From an uncultured Lachnospiraceae bacterium (lineage in GTDB: Bacteria; Bacillota; Clostridia; Lachnospirales; Lachnospiraceae), in the NCBI GenBank assembly GCA_959022495.1, contig CAUEYX010000009.1:27329-91328 (forward strand): a stretch of 64,000 bases of DNA, given 5' to 3'. Both the position numbers and the translations under genes were made by a program. Numbering within the stretch: position 1 is the stretch's first letter; every line of letters begins with the position of its first letter. The notes below the pieces were generated by a model. The model ran no database searches. It worked only from the letters and a program-made list of their open reading frames with translations, and was not told the origin of the DNA. Below, piece by piece: positions 40,327 through 49,253 of the stretch.

Positions 40327-42720
40327 TCATTCGTTTTTCTTATCAGAATTCTGGAATTTCTGCCGGTATTCTCCAAGCGGCATCCCAAAATAATTTTTAA
40401 AGCGGGTGTAAAAATAATTATTTTTCTCCAGTCCTGTCTTTTCCAGAATCGTGCTGACCGAGAGCTGCGTATTCTGCAGATACCACGCGATTTTTTCCAT
40501 GCGGACATTCAACAGGTACTGCGCGACCGATTTCTGGGTCTGCTGTTTGAAAATATGGCCTGTGTAGTTGGCTGAAAGTCCGACTTCCTCCGCGATGCTG
40601 GCCAGGCAGAGGGAGGGATCAGCATACTGTTCTTCAATGATTTCCTGAATCTGTTTCGCTATGATCGCTGAATTCTGCTGGGCAGGATTGGTCTTGAGCG
40701 TCTGGACGCGGGAACAGATGTCTTCAAAAAGGGTGCGGGACAGATTGTGAATATCGTCCCCGATTTCCGCGTCATCCAGTCCGGACAGGAACTGTTTCAT
40801 ACTGTACATAAAATGATCTTTCAACATCGGATATTTCTCTGAAAGGCGTTCATAGATGCTGTGACTTAAATGGATCATGGTGGACATGACCTCATTATAG
40901 TCACACTCAAAAAGGCCTTCGGTCAGTTTTATGTATGTGTTCCATGCATCGTCAGCCTGGGCATTTCCGAGCTGGTCTGTAAGCTGTGAGGAGAGCTTGT
41001 AAGACAGATGGAACGCCTCCGGGCGCACAGTGTCGATCTGATATGCGTCAATGACGGCGCCATGTCCATAGCGGATCTTCAGCCGCAGCGAGTTCTCCGT
41101 GTTCTTATATATGGCCGGAAGCCGTTCAATGCCCTGGAATACTACGCTGTACGCGGCTGTAACCGAGAAGTGAAGATAGTTCTCCACATTGTCCTGGATG
41201 GAGTGGAGCAGCTGTACAAACGCATCTTCGAATGCGACCTGATCGGTATCCTGCTTACAGGCAGTCAGGAGAACGAACTTATCATCATCCCGGCTGAAGG
41301 CACTGCACATCAGAGCGGCAGACCCCAGTTCTTCCGCGATATTGACAAAGGAAAACCGGATCGTCCACATTTCATCGGAAGAATACTGGGAGAGCAGATT
41401 TTTATAATTGTCGATTTTAAATACAGCCATGCACAGCTTTTCCGACATCAGCCAGGATAATCCCAGATAATTCAGCTTTTCCCGGATCTGATCCAGGGGG
41501 GCTGTCCGGCGGTCAGAGACCAGTTCGTTCAGTGAGGACTGAATCAGAGAATATTTTGTCTGATTCTGAAGAGAACGGAGCTGTTCATTGCTGTTATGGA
41601 GTGATGACACAGTATCCATAATCATCCGAAATTCTTTCGTCCGGAATGCGGCGGGCTGTCCGGATTTCGGGTGCTTTTCTTTGATCAAGACGGTCAAAGC
41701 TTCCAGTGGCTGGTTTAACTGTCTGGCGAACCGTCGGCAGATCAACCAGGAGATGAACAGAACGATGGTCATGATCAGCAGGCTGAGCAGAGTGAGAGGT
41801 ACGAAATCCTGGAAGATCACACTGACCGGCGTAAAGTTTACGAGATACCATCCATAGATGTTTTCTGTCGTGCTGGTCCGCAGATAATTCTTTCCGGAGA
41901 TGCTGACAAAAGACGAGGTGCCGGGTTCCGATATTTTTATGAGGGCAGACTCCACCCACTGGGTTTTATCTTCTATACTCGAGTTTACCACTCCGGTCAG
42001 GTAAGAATGACCCGAATCCAGAAGGAGAAAACTGGAGTCAGTCTCAAAGGACATATTTTTTATAGTAGAGATGGAATCAGTAAGCACAGATGTGTTCACA
42101 TTGATAACAATCGCGCTGGTACCATTCTGCGCGTGATTGCGGTTCTCAAAGATATAGTAACTGATGATATTGGCAGCGTCGGTATTACTGTCTCTGTTCC
42201 CCGGTACGGGAGAACCATCATAGGAGGAGATGAAATCCTCATCTTTGAGACGGTCAATGATCTCATCACCATTATAGTCAGACGGAGAAAGCTGATAGCC
42301 GGATGCCGAGGAATATACGATATCCAGGTTCGCATTGTACAAATAAATGTTTTCTACATAAGGCATGGTTATAAGCTGCTGATTCAGTGCGGTGCTGGCA
42401 AGGACGGGGACCGTGCTTTCCGAATTTTTCATAGAAAGAAACGCGGTGATATAGTCGTTGCCAAGAAGGGATGTCCGAAGACGGTTAAGGTCATCGTCTA
42501 CTTTATTGACCGCGTAATTGGTCTGGGAGAGCAGCTGCCGGTTATAATCCCTCACAGATGAGATCAGAGTATGTGAAAAGAAAGCGGCAAGCCCTGCTGT
42601 CAAAAGCACGGCGGAGATAATGGAGATGATCAAAAAAGAAAGCAGCAGTGTTGAGTAAAAACTTCTTTCATTTTTTGGATTGTATAAGTTGTGTTTTTGA
42701 TTTTCAGAATGTGTGTGCAT
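40327..42720 (-). CDS. Membrane-anchored AraC-family regulator with extracellular sensor domain
   Basis: Two TM segments around a ~300 aa external domain; C-terminal IA..VGLSANY...FK and YF...FK..FG..LGEYR; ATG 42720 with AGGAGAGG RBS. Confidence 0.92.
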   Translation of the reverse strand: MHTHSENQKHNLYNPKNERSFYSTLLLSFLIISIISAVLLTAGLAAFFSHTLISSVRDYNRQLLSQTNYAVNKVDDDLNRLRTSLLGNDYITAFLSMKNSESTVPVLASTALNQQLITMPYVENIYLYNANLDIVYSSASGYQLSPSDYNGDEIIDRLKDEDFISSYDGSPVPGNRDSNTDAANIISYYIFENRNHAQNGTSAIVINVNTSVLTDSISTIKNMSFETDSSFLLLDSGHSYLTGVVNSSIEDKTQWVESALIKISEPGTSSFVSISGKNYLRTSTTENIYGWYLVNFTPVSVIFQDFVPLTLLSLLIMTIVLFISWLICRRFARQLNQPLEALTVLIKEKHPKSGQPAAFRTKEFRMIMDTVSSLHNSNEQLRSLQNQTKYSLIQSSLNELVSDRRTAPLDQIREKLNYLGLSWLMSEKLCMAVFKIDNYKNLLSQYSSDEMWTIRFSFVNIAEELGSAALMCSAFSRDDDKFVLLTACKQDTDQVAFEDAFVQLLHSIQDNVENYLHFSVTAAYSVVFQGIERLPAIYKNTENSLRLKIRYGHGAVIDAYQIDTVRPEAFHLSYKLSSQLTDQLGNAQADDAWNTYIKLTEGLFECDYNEVMSTMIHLSHSIYERLSEKYPMLKDHFMYSMKQFLSGLDDAEIGDDIHNLSRTLFEDICSRVQTLKTNPAQQNSAIIAKQIQEIIEEQYADPSLCLASIAEEVGLSANYTGHIFKQQTQKSVAQYLLNVRMEKIAWYLQNTQLSVSTILEKTGLEKNNYFYTRFKNYFGMPLGEYRQKFQNSDKKNE

Positions 42721-42902
42721 AAATTTATCCTCTCCTGTATACAGGAATATCAGCGACAGAGCAGCCAGTTGAGACTGCAGATGCGATGTACATTCGTTAT
42801 TGATTGTGAGATGAACTAGATATTCCCCCACAGAATATTATAGAAGGACTGCGATTTTTTTTCAAGAAAATTGATTTTAAAATATACAAAATAGATAAAA
42901 AA

Positions 42903-42926
42903 CATTAAAAAACAGAGGCATTGTTA
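42903..42926 (+). promoter_or_regulatory. Shared upstream motif, copy 3
   Basis: CATTAAAAAACAGAGGCAT-TGTTA in the divergent AraC/oxidoreductase spacer. Confidence 0.45.
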
Positions 42927-43043
42927 ATTTTTGAAGATGGATTTTCAGGAAAAACAAAGACACTGTCAGTTCTCATTGTTGCGAAAAAAAGGTGGATGAC
43001 AATAGAATATGGGCAGGCAGAGAGAAAGAGACGAGAGGAGGAA

Positions 43044-44282
43044 ATGGTTGTGAAAACAATTCGTCTTGGCGTCATCGGGTACGGTGTCCGTATCGATATG
43101 CTGATGGACCAGGTTGCAGAACTTCCTATAGAAGTAAAAGTCACCGCAGTGGCAGATCCGAATCCTGACAGGGTGAAAGAACTGATGTTAAAGAGTGGAG
43201 CAGCCAATGTGCAGCACGAGATGGAGATCGACAAGATCGACGGAATGCTCAGAAAATGTATCATGGACCCTTCCGAGGTGGTCTTTTATGACACAGCGGA
43301 GGATATGCTTCTAAAGGAGCCGCTGGACGGGGTCATGATCGGTACAAATTGTAATACGCACGCACACTACGCGGAAATGGTATTAGAAAAGGGACTTCCG
43401 CTATTTCTGGAGAAGCCGGTAGGTATCTGCTGGGAAGACCTGGACATTCTGGAACAATGCGAGTCAAAAGATCATGCGCCTGTGGTAGTATCGTTTCCGC
43501 TGCGGGCAACACGTATGATTCAGGAGGCCAAACGGCTCATTGAGTCAGGCGTGATCGGGAAACCGGATCATGTGCAGGCATACAATGATGTGGGATACGG
43601 ATATGTCTATTTCCACGACTGGTACAGGGATGAGTCAGTGGCTCACGGACTGTTCCTGCAGAAAGCCACTCATGATATGGATGTGATATCCTATCTGGTG
43701 GGAGAGAAGCCGGAGACAGTATGCGCCATGAAATCCAAGCAGATCTTCAAAGGGGACATGCCTGCGGGGCTTCGGTGCAGCGATTGTGAGCGCACTGAGG
43801 AATGTATGGAGAGTACATACAATATAGAAAAGACACGCAGCGATACCCCGAGAAGCGACTACTGCTGTTACGCTGTGGATACGGGAAATGAGGACAGCGG
43901 GAGTATGATCGTCCGATATGAGTCTGGAATGCACGCCGTCTATTCCCAGAACTTCTTCGCAAGGAAGAAAGCGGCGAGAAGAGGCGGCAGAATCTACGGT
44001 TATAAAGGCACGCTGGAGTACAGCTTTACAGATGATATGATCCGCATTTATGACCATATGAGTGATCAGGTGACAGTCATGGAGTTCCACACACCGGCCG
44101 ACGGACATGGAGGCGGTGATCAGGTGCTGATCCAGAATTTTATTGATCTGATCCGCGGAAAGACCGATCAGTCCATCGCCCCATTAAGCGCGGGGATTGA
44201 GAGTGCTAAAATCTGCCTGAGCGCGAAGGAGGCCTCTGAGGAGGATATATATAGAAAGATTGATAGGAGGGATGTGAGATGA
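43044..44282 (+). CDS. Gfo/Idh/MocA family NAD(P)-dependent oxidoreductase
   Basis: LGVIGYG.R, LEKP, QKATHDMD, GHGGGD; ATG 43044 after GAGGAGG. Confidence 0.93.
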   Translation: MVVKTIRLGVIGYGVRIDMLMDQVAELPIEVKVTAVADPNPDRVKELMLKSGAANVQHEMEIDKIDGMLRKCIMDPSEVVFYDTAEDMLLKEPLDGVMIGTNCNTHAHYAEMVLEKGLPLFLEKPVGICWEDLDILEQCESKDHAPVVVSFPLRATRMIQEAKRLIESGVIGKPDHVQAYNDVGYGYVYFHDWYRDESVAHGLFLQKATHDMDVISYLVGEKPETVCAMKSKQIFKGDMPAGLRCSDCERTEECMESTYNIEKTRSDTPRSDYCCYAVDTGNEDSGSMIVRYESGMHAVYSQNFFARKKAARRGGRIYGYKGTLEYSFTDDMIRIYDHMSDQVTVMEFHTPADGHGGGDQVLIQNFIDLIRGKTDQSIAPLSAGIESAKICLSAKEASEEDIYRKIDRRDVR

Positions 44283-45232
44283 AGCTGGGAAGAAAATCTG
44301 CCAACGCAGTAAAACTGCCGAAAAAGAAAGTACCATTTAAACGGCAGCTCCCATTCTACATTATGATGGCGCCTGGATTATTTCTGATCGCGCTGCTGTG
44401 TTATGGGCCGCTTCCCGGACTTTTGATCGCGTTTAAGGACTACAATCCCAATGACGGTATCTTCGGAAGCGCGTGGATGGACCCGCTCTTTAAAAATTTT
44501 GAGTTCTTTTTCGCGTCAGATACAGCGAAAACGGTAACTGTAAATACATTAGTGTACAATCTTCTGGAAGGTGTTCTTGTCACAGCAGGGGCGATCGCGC
44601 TGTCCATCGCGCTCAATGAGATCAAAGGGAAAGTGAGCAGCACCATATATAAAGGCGCGATACTGCTTCCGACTTTCCTGTCATGGATTGTCATTCAGTA
44701 TATTCTCTTCAGTATGCTGAGCGTGGATAAAGGAATTATTAACAATGCGCTGGGCCAGGAGATCCAATGGTACAGCGAACCCATATACTGGCGGGTGATT
44801 ATGCCTCTGGCATACGTATGGAAGAACATTGGTTATTATTCAGTCCTGTACATGGCGGCCATCGCCGGAATTAATACAGATTACTATGAGGCGGCCCAGC
44901 TTGACGGGGCGTCCAAGTGGCAGCAGATCAAACACATCACATTGCCTTTGATCAAGCCCACAGTGATCGTGCTGTCCCTGCTCTGGGTGGGCAAACTTTT
45001 CAGCGGCGGTTTTGGGGACTGGAACGCGTTCTATACCCTGCCCAATAATTCCGGACCGCTCTACAGCGCGACGGATGTGATCGATACTTATGTATATCGG
45101 TCGCTCAAGACCCTGGGAGATTATGGTATGTCAACCGCAGTCGGCCTGTACCAGGCGTGTGTGGGATTCGTGCTGGTTCTGATTTCCAATAAGATCATCA
45201 AAAAGATTGATCCGGACAGCGCACTATTTTAG
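44279..45232 (+). CDS. Carbohydrate ABC transporter permease 1 (LplB-like)
   Basis: LPTFLSW, YEAAQLDGA EAA loop, DVIDTYVY. Confidence 0.95.
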   Translation: MKLGRKSANAVKLPKKKVPFKRQLPFYIMMAPGLFLIALLCYGPLPGLLIAFKDYNPNDGIFGSAWMDPLFKNFEFFFASDTAKTVTVNTLVYNLLEGVLVTAGAIALSIALNEIKGKVSSTIYKGAILLPTFLSWIVIQYILFSMLSVDKGIINNALGQEIQWYSEPIYWRVIMPLAYVWKNIGYYSVLYMAAIAGINTDYYEAAQLDGASKWQQIKHITLPLIKPTVIVLSLLWVGKLFSGGFGDWNAFYTLPNNSGPLYSATDVIDTYVYRSLKTLGDYGMSTAVGLYQACVGFVLVLISNKIIKKIDPDSALF

Positions 45233-45243
45233 GAGGTGGAGAC

Positions 45244-46134
45244 ATGAAGAAAAAATCGAAAATCAATGTATCACATGGAATTATCCATCTTGTATTTATT
45301 CTTCTATCCGCGGCCTGCATCCTTCCACTGCTGCTGGTGGTGGGAATCTCCTTTACAAAGGAGTCTTCTCTGCTGAGTGACGGATATCACCTGATTCCAA
45401 AGGTATTCAGCACAGCGGCATATGAGTATGTGTTTACCGGGGCAACGTCTGTACTGAGGGCCTATGGAGTGACGATATTTGTGACCGTGGTGGGAACGAT
45501 TGCGCATCTGTTGTTTATGTCCATGCTGGCTTACTCTTTGACAAGAGAAGAGGTGACGGCAAGAAATAAGATATCGCTGTTTGTGTACATACCGGTGCTT
45601 TTTAACGGCGGACTTGTCCCGACCTACATGCTGCTGTCCAGATACCTGCATCTGAAAAATACCATATGGGTGCTGGTGATTATCAGCGTAGTCTCGGCGA
45701 CCAATGTCCTGATCCTGAAGAACTTCTTCCGGTCCATACCCGCGTCGCTGATCGAGTCAGCCAGGATGGACGGGTCCAGTGAATTCCGCACGTTCTTTCA
45801 GATCGTGCTGCCATTGTCCAAGCCGTCTCTGGCGTCCATTGGACTGTTTGTGGCCATCGCATACTGGAATGACTGGATGACATGCTCGCTGTACATCGAG
45901 ACGCCGAAGCTTCAGACACTGCAGTATCTCCTGCAGTCGTTGATGAACAATATTGGTTATCTGATCGCTAATTCAGGGGCGTCTCAGTCGGCGCAGAGAG
46001 CGCTTGCCGAACTCCCCAACGAGGGTGTCAGGATGGCAACCTGTGTCCTTGCGGTAGGTCCGATCATCTTCTTATATCCGTTCCTTCAGAAGTACTTCGA
46101 GAAGGGACTTACGATCGGGGCCGTAAAAGAATAG
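45244..46134 (+). CDS. Carbohydrate ABC transporter permease 2 (LplC-like)
   Basis: GGLVPTY, IESARMDG, PLSKP, YPFLQKYF..G...GAVK. Confidence 0.95.
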   Translation: MKKKSKINVSHGIIHLVFILLSAACILPLLLVVGISFTKESSLLSDGYHLIPKVFSTAAYEYVFTGATSVLRAYGVTIFVTVVGTIAHLLFMSMLAYSLTREEVTARNKISLFVYIPVLFNGGLVPTYMLLSRYLHLKNTIWVLVIISVVSATNVLILKNFFRSIPASLIESARMDGSSEFRTFFQIVLPLSKPSLASIGLFVAIAYWNDWMTCSLYIETPKLQTLQYLLQSLMNNIGYLIANSGASQSAQRALAELPNEGVRMATCVLAVGPIIFLYPFLQKYFEKGLTIGAVKE

Positions 46135-46223
46135 TAACAAATCAACATGGTTTAAGAACCGTCCGGAACGGTTTTTAGATACAGAGAGTCTTCTCAAAAA
46201 CATTTTATTTAAAGGAGGAAAAT

Positions 46224-47795
46224 ATGAAGAAAAGAGTAGTAGCTCTGCTTATGGCGGGCGCAATGGTAATGGGGCTTGTGACCGGATGCAGTTCCGATGG
46301 AGACAAGAAAGGATCTGACGGGGGCAGTTCAGATGATGTGGTTGAACTGAGTTTCTACATGCAGAACAGCCCGGTGACGGATCAGGACAGGATTATGGAG
46401 AAGGCGAACGAGATCATCGAGGAGGAGATCGGAGCCCATCTGAATCTGGTCATGGTGGACGGTTCTACCTACGCGGAAAAGATGAATCTGATGATCAACT
46501 CCGGCGATCCGTGGGATCTGTGTTTTACGGCAAGCTGGGGGGGCATCAACTTCTATGAGAATGCGCAGAAAGGCGCGTACGCGGATCTGACGGAACTGCT
46601 TCCGGAGCTTGCGCCGGAGACATACTCAAGGATTCCGGAGGGACTCTGGGATGGCGTTACTGTAAACGATAAGATTTACGCTTCTGTCAATTATCAGCAG
46701 TGGGGCGCTGCGCAGCGTTCAGGATTCCGTCTCCGCTCAGACCTTGTGGAAGAAGTGGGATTCAACTGGGAGTCTTTAAAGGACAACCGGGATACGATTT
46801 CTGTTTTGAAAACAATCGGGGATGGTCTGATTGGACCGGCGCTCGAACTTCATCCGGATATGATCGGATGGGAGACATCTATAACGTATAACCTGTTTAC
46901 CAATGGACCGCTGTACTGGGATATGGAAGAAATCGGCGACGTAGAAACACCGGGATGGATTCGTTATGAAGAGCCGGAGACGGTAATCAACCAGTTTGAA
47001 ACAGATGAATTTATGGAATTCTGCAGGGTAATGAGAGACTGGTATAACAAGGGATATGTGAGAAAAGACGGCGCTACAGTACAGGATACATCACCGGACA
47101 GAAAAGCTGCGAAGTTCATCGCTGAGTTCACGACAGGCTGGCCGGACAGCATAGACTTCCCAGGTAATGAAAATGCCCAGATTATGAGCATGTGCACGAG
47201 AGAGACTGCACCGTCTGTCGCTGTATCAACCACCAGGACAGTGCTGAAAGCAGGCGCGGGTCCGAACGCGGCAGTGGCTGTGAACGCAAATTCCGAGAAC
47301 ATTGAGAAGGCGGTAGAATTAATCGAGCTCCTGAATACGAATGATGAGCTTTACATGCTGATCACACAGGGTGAGGAGGGAGTAGATTACGTCTATGATG
47401 AGGACGGCAATTACAGCTTAGTGGATGGAAAATACAACTTCAATTACAACGAGTGGCAGATCGGCCAGTCCTACAGCCCGACTTTCACACGTGCGCTTTA
47501 TAACAAGAACGAGGCTGGAGATTTACAGAAAGAGTCACAGCAGATTGTATTTGACGCAGATAAAGAAGCGGATGTGTCCCCGCTGACTGGATTCGTATTC
47601 GACTCCACAAATGTAAAGACACAGATTGCGAACTGCTCATCCATCATCACGGAGATGGTGCCGGCACTGACAGCTGGATCTGTTGATCCGGAGGAGAAAG
47701 TACCGGAGTTCCGTCAGAGACTCAAAGACGCAGGTGTAGATGATATCATCGCGGAGAAACAGGCACAGCTTGACGAGTGGCTTGCTTCAAAATAA
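46224..47795 (+). CDS. ABC transporter substrate-binding lipoprotein (DUF3502-type C-terminus)
   Basis: VTGC lipobox; GEEGVDY; SPL.GF.FD; L..AG.D.II.E.Q.Q.DEW. Confidence 0.93.
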   Translation: MKKRVVALLMAGAMVMGLVTGCSSDGDKKGSDGGSSDDVVELSFYMQNSPVTDQDRIMEKANEIIEEEIGAHLNLVMVDGSTYAEKMNLMINSGDPWDLCFTASWGGINFYENAQKGAYADLTELLPELAPETYSRIPEGLWDGVTVNDKIYASVNYQQWGAAQRSGFRLRSDLVEEVGFNWESLKDNRDTISVLKTIGDGLIGPALELHPDMIGWETSITYNLFTNGPLYWDMEEIGDVETPGWIRYEEPETVINQFETDEFMEFCRVMRDWYNKGYVRKDGATVQDTSPDRKAAKFIAEFTTGWPDSIDFPGNENAQIMSMCTRETAPSVAVSTTRTVLKAGAGPNAAVAVNANSENIEKAVELIELLNTNDELYMLITQGEEGVDYVYDEDGNYSLVDGKYNFNYNEWQIGQSYSPTFTRALYNKNEAGDLQKESQQIVFDADKEADVSPLTGFVFDSTNVKTQIANCSSIITEMVPALTAGSVDPEEKVPEFRQRLKDAGVDDIIAEKQAQLDEWLASK

Positions 47796-47817
47796 CAGGA
47801 GTTTACTTGAAAGCCAT

Positions 47818-47849
47818 ATCTCCGGCCGGGTTCCGGCCGGAGATTTTTT
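47818..47849 (+). terminator. Internal terminator/stabiliser after the SBP gene
   Basis: ATCTCCGGCCGG-GTT-CCGGCCGGAGAT followed by a T-tract. Confidence 0.85.
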
Positions 47850-47878
47850 AAACTGACGATATGCTTAGGAGGCTTAAC

Positions 47879-49198
47879 ATGATGAAATGGGATGAGATTC
47901 ATACCGCGGAAGAGATGGATCAGCGGCTGGACCAGGAGATATCCAGTACCCGGAGACACCTTTTTAAGATCCGGCTCTTGAAGCCGGACGGCACTCCCTG
48001 CCCGGGACTTACAGTAAAGGCAGTACATCAAAAACACGACTTCACATTCGGCGTTTGCCCAAACGGGCATATCAGTATGACGAACCGTCTCGCATGCGGA
48101 GAAGACCAGGAGGCGGATCAGTACTGGGAACAGATCGGAGATCTGTTTAACGGGACCAGTCTCTGGTGGGGGTGGCGGGTTCTGGAGCCGGAACCGGGCG
48201 CGCATACATTTGACCGGGAAATACAAGGATACGGCCCTATGGAAAATATGATAAAGCGGGCAGAGGAACTGGGACATACACTGACCGCCCATGCCATTCT
48301 CTATCCGAGGGACGATGTGTCGCCGCAGTGGCTTGACAGCTGTACAGAGGAAGAAGCCCTGGTACGATTCAGAGAGCATGTCTACCATACTGTAGAGAGA
48401 TATAAAGACAGGATATCCTGCTGGCACCCTGTCAACGAAGCGTATGATGAGCTTCAGACACCGGGAGCCCTGCGCGTCAATGAGGGTCTGGTGTACCGGT
48501 GGATTTCCGACCGTGCGCCCCATGGATGTATCGTGGATAACGGCGGGCATACTATAGACCCGGATTTTTATGAAAAGGGAATCCGCAATGCCGCGCTTTT
48601 CGGCGGGCGGGTCGATGATCTTGGTGTCAGGGGATACTTTGAATTGTACGATCCGGACGCGGTCCTTTTCTATCGGAGAATATGGGAACATTTTAACAAT
48701 TTATGGAAGAGATATCACAGGAAGATCCGCTTCACGGAGATTGGCGCTGTGTCAGCTCCGCGCATTGGCGCATACTCACCCTGGGATGTGGATCACACTA
48801 CGGCAAAACTTCTGGGGATCGCGGACTTTGATGAATTTCGGGAGAATATGCCGATTACGGAAGAGACGCAGGCAGAATTCCTGGTGCGGATGTATAAACT
48901 GGCCTTCGCCCATCCGAAGGTGAAGGAGTGCAGCTATTGGGATCTGTATGATACTTACACATGGAACGAGGTGGCAGGCGGGCTCATCCGTCCGGACCGG
49001 ACACCGAAACCGGCTTATGAGAGATTGAAAGAGCTTCTGCACTGTGCGTGGAGCACATGGGCAGAACTGGAGAGCGGGGAAGACGGAGCATGCAGCTTTC
49101 ACGGATTTGACGGTATGTATGAGGTTCAAATCGGGAGGGAAAGGTATACAGTTCATTTAAATGAGAAAGAGAACGAGGCTGTGATCTGTCTCGTATGA
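47879..49198 (+). CDS. Intracellular GH10-like glycoside hydrolase
   Basis: H.F.FG, AHAIL, WHPVNE (acid/base), FTE (nucleophile), GL......PKPAY; no signal peptide; ATG after AGGAGG. Confidence 0.8.
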   Translation: MMKWDEIHTAEEMDQRLDQEISSTRRHLFKIRLLKPDGTPCPGLTVKAVHQKHDFTFGVCPNGHISMTNRLACGEDQEADQYWEQIGDLFNGTSLWWGWRVLEPEPGAHTFDREIQGYGPMENMIKRAEELGHTLTAHAILYPRDDVSPQWLDSCTEEEALVRFREHVYHTVERYKDRISCWHPVNEAYDELQTPGALRVNEGLVYRWISDRAPHGCIVDNGGHTIDPDFYEKGIRNAALFGGRVDDLGVRGYFELYDPDAVLFYRRIWEHFNNLWKRYHRKIRFTEIGAVSAPRIGAYSPWDVDHTTAKLLGIADFDEFRENMPITEETQAEFLVRMYKLAFAHPKVKECSYWDLYDTYTWNEVAGGLIRPDRTPKPAYERLKELLHCAWSTWAELESGEDGACSFHGFDGMYEVQIGRERYTVHLNEKENEAVICLV

Positions 49199-49253
49199 GT
49201 AACATATATAGAAGAAAGAGCGAGTGACAAAAAAGAAGCAGGAGGACATAAGA

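Noticed and set aside
47714..48691. 325-aa antisense ORF
   Set aside because: Overlaps SBP end, terminator and GH10-like gene; no recognisable features
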